DNA of 64,000 bases from a virus. The stretch covers positions 18,856 through 82,855 of IMG/VR virus record IMGVR_UViG_3300009164_005114. One strand, given 5' to 3'. Under the pieces are notes generated by a model. The model saw only the letters and a list, made by a program, of their open reading frames with translations, did not search any database and was not told where the DNA came from. This document shows, piece after piece, positions 60,939 to 64,000 of the stretch. The stretch's first letter is position 1; every line of letters begins with the position of its first letter. The position numbers and the translations under genes were made by a program.

Positions 60939-61715
60939 TTATAATTTATTTCCACAAGACGGACAAAATTTATATTTTGATTTTGTCTTGGTACCACATT
61001 CAGTACAATATTGTTTAATCTCATCTGTAGTTTTATTTTTAGTACCTAATGGTAATATTTTTAAACTAATTTGATTAGATACATTGTATTCAAAATTTTG
61101 GTAAGAATTAGTAAATTTTTGATTTGATTTTTCACCTTTCTCGACTCTACCTGTTTCAATAGATTTTTTTGATTTAAGACTTCTAATGTTTGGACCTTGT
61201 GGTGTTGAACCTCCAACCATTGATGAATTAGAGTAAAATGAAGTTGGTATTGAGGAGTTTGATGTTGTAAATGTCATATCTCCATAGTATGGTGAACCTG
61301 TGTTGATGGTAGTATTTACAGTTCCATTTAACCCTAATGTTGTACCATAATTTGGTTGATATGTTTGTTCGTTATAGAACTCAATTCTTACGTCCCCGTT
61401 TAAATCAATTGCAGACCTGTTTTCAGACGTATCTTTTACTTCGTAGGTACTGAACTCAAACTTGTTATTAGAGTCAAGGAAACGTTCTAAAAACACCCTT
61501 TGACCTGGTCTAATAACAATACCACTTGTTGAGATATACTCACCATTTAATTTGATTTTACAGAGAACAGATTTGTGTGTTGGATTATGAATTTCAAATT
61601 CAAAATTGTCTTTGTCGTTAAGAAATACGACGTGACCATTGTAGACTTTAAGACGCGACTTTTTCTTTGTGATGTGAGCAGTCGGTTTGCTCACGTTAGT
61701 TGTTGTGTAATACAT
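60939..61715 (-). CDS. Beta-sandwich protein with C-terminal zinc ribbon
   Basis: CTECG...FCPSCG. Confidence 0.7.
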   Translation of the reverse strand: MYYTTTNVSKPTAHITKKKSRLKVYNGHVVFLNDKDNFEFEIHNPTHKSVLCKIKLNGEYISTSGIVIRPGQRVFLERFLDSNNKFEFSTYEVKDTSENRSAIDLNGDVRIEFYNEQTYQPNYGTTLGLNGTVNTTINTGSPYYGDMTFTTSNSSIPTSFYSNSSMVGGSTPQGPNIRSLKSKKSIETGRVEKGEKSNQKFTNSYQNFEYNVSNQISLKILPLGTKNKTTDEIKQYCTECGTKTKSKYKFCPSCGNKL

Positions 61716-61745
61716 TTTTTTAATTTTATTATAGTTAATGACTAT

Positions 61746-61805
61746 GTTACCAATACCTTAGTGTCCGTGAATACTCAACAGCTTGTTAGGGCTGGGGACT
61801 GATAA
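61746..61805 (-). ncRNA. Candidate structured 5' leader RNA
   Basis: GC-enriched intergenic patch with nested stems (CAGC/GCTG, GTCC/GGAC, TATCAGT/ATTGGTA). Confidence 0.35.
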
Positions 61806-61839
61806 ACTAAAATCTAAAAATAAATATATTCAAAATGTT

Positions 61840-61869
61840 TTTGGAATCAAGAAAAAATGTATATATTTG
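61840..61869 (+). promoter_or_regulatory. Bacteroidota housekeeping promoter (-33/-7)
   Basis: TTTG-N18-TATATTTG. Confidence 0.6.
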
Positions 61870-61894
61870 TACTGTAATCAAATAAAGATAAGAT

Positions 61895-62116
61895 ATGAAA
61901 AACTCAATTGTAATTTTATTCTCAATAGTATTATTAACTTCATGTGCAACTCAAAAAACTATTGAATTGGCAAATGGTAAAATGGTTACCGAAAAAAAAT
62001 TCGCAAGAATGTGCCACAGAGCATACAAAAAGAGTTTTGGTAAAATGCCAAAAGAAGATAAGAAATTATTTGAGGACGTAAAAATAACTGTGGATACTAC
62101 TCAGTCGGGAAATTAA
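61895..62116 (+). CDS. Small lipoprotein
   Basis: MKNSIVILFSIVLLTS|C lipobox. Confidence 0.7.
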   Translation: MKNSIVILFSIVLLTSCATQKTIELANGKMVTEKKFARMCHRAYKKSFGKMPKEDKKLFEDVKITVDTTQSGN

Positions 62117-63571
62117 TTATCCTTGAACAAAGGTGATGTAATCACTTGGTTTATACATAACTCTGTTATAACCCGTGTCTTTAACTATTTTCAATACGTT
62201 TGGTTTGTCGGTAGTAACCGCAAACTTGTTATCTATAAATTTCTTAACCGCAACTTGAGGGGTATCTGCATTAACTGTCTTAACCGTAATAATTTTAGCA
62301 TTTGAAGGTACCTTTTCTCCTGATGATTTAACAATTTTAACTTTATCCCCAACCTTAATACCATAACTGGCAATTGGTTTTAAAGCAACATAAGTACCAT
62401 CTTTCTCAGGTGTAGAATTAATGAATGCGTTAGATATTAAATATTTTACCATTTCATCAGGTTTACCTGCTGCGTATTCAACTGTGTTACCTGTAAGTTT
62501 AGATTGTTGGGTAGTAGATTTACCTTCCCCTTTATTTTCGGTTTCAACACCTTTTTGTTTTAAATTACCACAATTATCTAATACTAATATTGTTTTTTCG
62601 TTGGTTTCACCTCTAGCTGCAAGTGATGGAGAACAACCCCAATATATAACTGAAGACCCCTTACTGATTTTAACTTCAGGTGTGCTTGAGTGACAATTAG
62701 AACCTGAAATACATTGTAAACTAATTATAATATCCTTACTTTGATTCCCGATAATTTGTTTTGCTTGAGCATCTGTAACTATTAAAGGCTTACTTGTTCT
62801 TGAACCACCATCAACTCTATTATTTAAATTCGCAACACCTATAACAACACCATTTAATTTTACATTAAAAGTTGCCTCATCGCATCTATGGCCTCCTCTA
62901 CAAGTAAATGGTTTTCCGTCTGGTATTGACACTGATGGTGACGCATCTTTATTTTCATTATACATAACCTCAACAGTTAACCCTACAACACATTTTGCTG
63001 GAGATTGTAATTTTAATTCTACGTTAACAAATCTTTCAGATTTATATTTTTTGTCATTTGGATTATCAACTCCTTTAGTGTAAGTAGTTGAACCAATAAT
63101 AACCTCAGGTGCTTCAAATATTGGTGATTGAGATATAATACCTTGACTCAATAAGTTGTCAAAATATTGAGTTAAATAAGTTTTCATTGTGGTAGCCCTT
63201 TTTTCTGAAAGATATCCTGGGTCGACCTTAGGGTGACTAGGTACTTCATTATCAGTATTAGTTACTTGGGATTCTCCCGCAATGATTTTTACATAAACTA
63301 CTCTTCCTTTTTTTGCTGCCAAAAATTTTGCAGCGTTGGCTAATTGACTATCTAATTGTTGCTTACCTTTAGAAGATAACGCTTTCCACATTCCATTGGC
63401 AAAAAAACTTTCACCTTTAAGGGTCATTTCATCAGGATTTGTTGTTGATTGAACTGCTGATTGTTTATTACTATCATCTTCCGATAGATATAATCTTTTA
63501 GTTGCAGATTCATGTAAATTAATAATCCTTATTTTTTCTTCCGAACTTACACACCAATTTTGCTTAATCAT
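62117..63571 (-). CDS. Protein with OmpA-like (peptidoglycan-binding) domain
   Basis: F..G...L...KIIAGES...LSEKRA..MK.YL...RFVNV pattern; leader EEKIRIINLHE. Confidence 0.5.
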   Translation of the reverse strand: MIKQNWCVSSEEKIRIINLHESATKRLYLSEDDSNKQSAVQSTTNPDEMTLKGESFFANGMWKALSSKGKQQLDSQLANAAKFLAAKKGRVVYVKIIAGESQVTNTDNEVPSHPKVDPGYLSEKRATTMKTYLTQYFDNLLSQGIISQSPIFEAPEVIIGSTTYTKGVDNPNDKKYKSERFVNVELKLQSPAKCVVGLTVEVMYNENKDASPSVSIPDGKPFTCRGGHRCDEATFNVKLNGVVIGVANLNNRVDGGSRTSKPLIVTDAQAKQIIGNQSKDIIISLQCISGSNCHSSTPEVKISKGSSVIYWGCSPSLAARGETNEKTILVLDNCGNLKQKGVETENKGEGKSTTQQSKLTGNTVEYAAGKPDEMVKYLISNAFINSTPEKDGTYVALKPIASYGIKVGDKVKIVKSSGEKVPSNAKIITVKTVNADTPQVAVKKFIDNKFAVTTDKPNVLKIVKDTGYNRVMYKPSDYITFVQG

Positions 63572-63601
63572 TTTTTGTTTTTATTATAAATAGTTTTAAA
63601 T

Positions 63602-63631
63602 AAAAAAAGGGACAATTTCTTGTCCCTTTTT
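63602..63631 (-). terminator. Intrinsic terminator after the major capsid gene
   Basis: A7-GGGACAA-TTTC-TTGTCCC-T5. Confidence 0.8.
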
Positions 63632-63651
63632 ATTATCATTCAAGATATTGA

Positions 63652-63999
63652 TTATCTCAATTCTCTTAAGTCGAATGTTCTAACACCATCAACTGTGATA
63701 CGTCCGTAGAATCTGTTATTAACCATTTTCTTAGCGTATCTAGTCATGATACCTTTGATTGGTGTAAAGTTGAACGGATTGTACATAGTTGGAGTTAATT
63801 GTAGAGGTACGTACGGTGCGTAGATGTAACCTGTGTCTAACAATGATGTTCCTTTGTGTCCCATTAACACTTGGTTTGGTGGGAAGTAAGGGTCACGGTA
63901 AACTTGGTAACGACCTGCTAATGTACCAACTCTTTCAATACCCATGTTGTATTGGTCTTGCTCAGGAGCCGCGTTTGATACGTGGAAATATTCCAAGTC
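63652..63999 (-). CDS. Major capsid protein, T4 gp23-like (3' part only)
   Basis: GTLAGRYQVYRDPY, GYIYAPYVPL, FTPIKGIMTRYA. Confidence 0.93.
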   Translation of the reverse strand, partial: DLEYFHVSNAAPEQDQYNMGIERVGTLAGRYQVYRDPYFPPNQVLMGHKGTSLLDTGYIYAPYVPLQLTPTMYNPFNFTPIKGIMTRYAKKMVNNRFYGRITVDGVRTFDLRELR

Positions 64000-64000
64000 A

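Noticed and set aside
61783-61965. 60-aa plus-strand ORF
   Set aside because: TTG start, overlaps promoters and the better-supported lipoprotein gene.
58698-62116. Spanin pair (membrane protein plus lipoprotein)
   Set aside because: The genes are 3 kb apart, not nested or adjacent, and the membrane protein lacks a long coiled coil.
1-64000. Stop-codon reassignment, tRNA or rRNA genes
   Set aside because: Genes are intact and densely packed under the standard code, and I saw no cloverleaf or rRNA-like sequence in the short intergenic gaps.

Overview
This window is 64 kb of an AT-rich, T4-related jumbo myophage genome using the standard genetic code. The host is probably Bacteroidota: there are TTTG-N18/19-TAnnTTTG promoters, no Shine-Dalgarno sites, and a signal peptide followed by Gln. 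It holds a contractile-tail module (partial baseplate-like gene, tape measure, tail chaperone with a likely +1 frameshift, tube, sheath, neck proteins, gp5-like spike) and the 3' end of the gp23-like major capsid gene. Replication and auxiliary genes include PolB, a SNF2 helicase, an exonuclease, dUTPase, PhoH, a gp55-like sigma factor and a MnSOD fusion. The standout is a large glycosylation capacity. Locus 1 (19.8-29.8 kb) places two Thr/Pro-repeat mucin-like proteins directly beside a GT60-type polypeptide GlcNAc-transferase, a GT25 and two HtrL/YibB-family genes, which suggests a phage-encoded mucin-type O-glycosylation system for virion proteins. Locus 2 (32.6-51.3 kb) encodes about ten more glycosyltransferase genes, UDP-galactopyranose mutase and a Gmd/ColD-like/ColC-like set that probably makes GDP-colitose. 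All functional calls come from motif recognition by eye; no searches were run.
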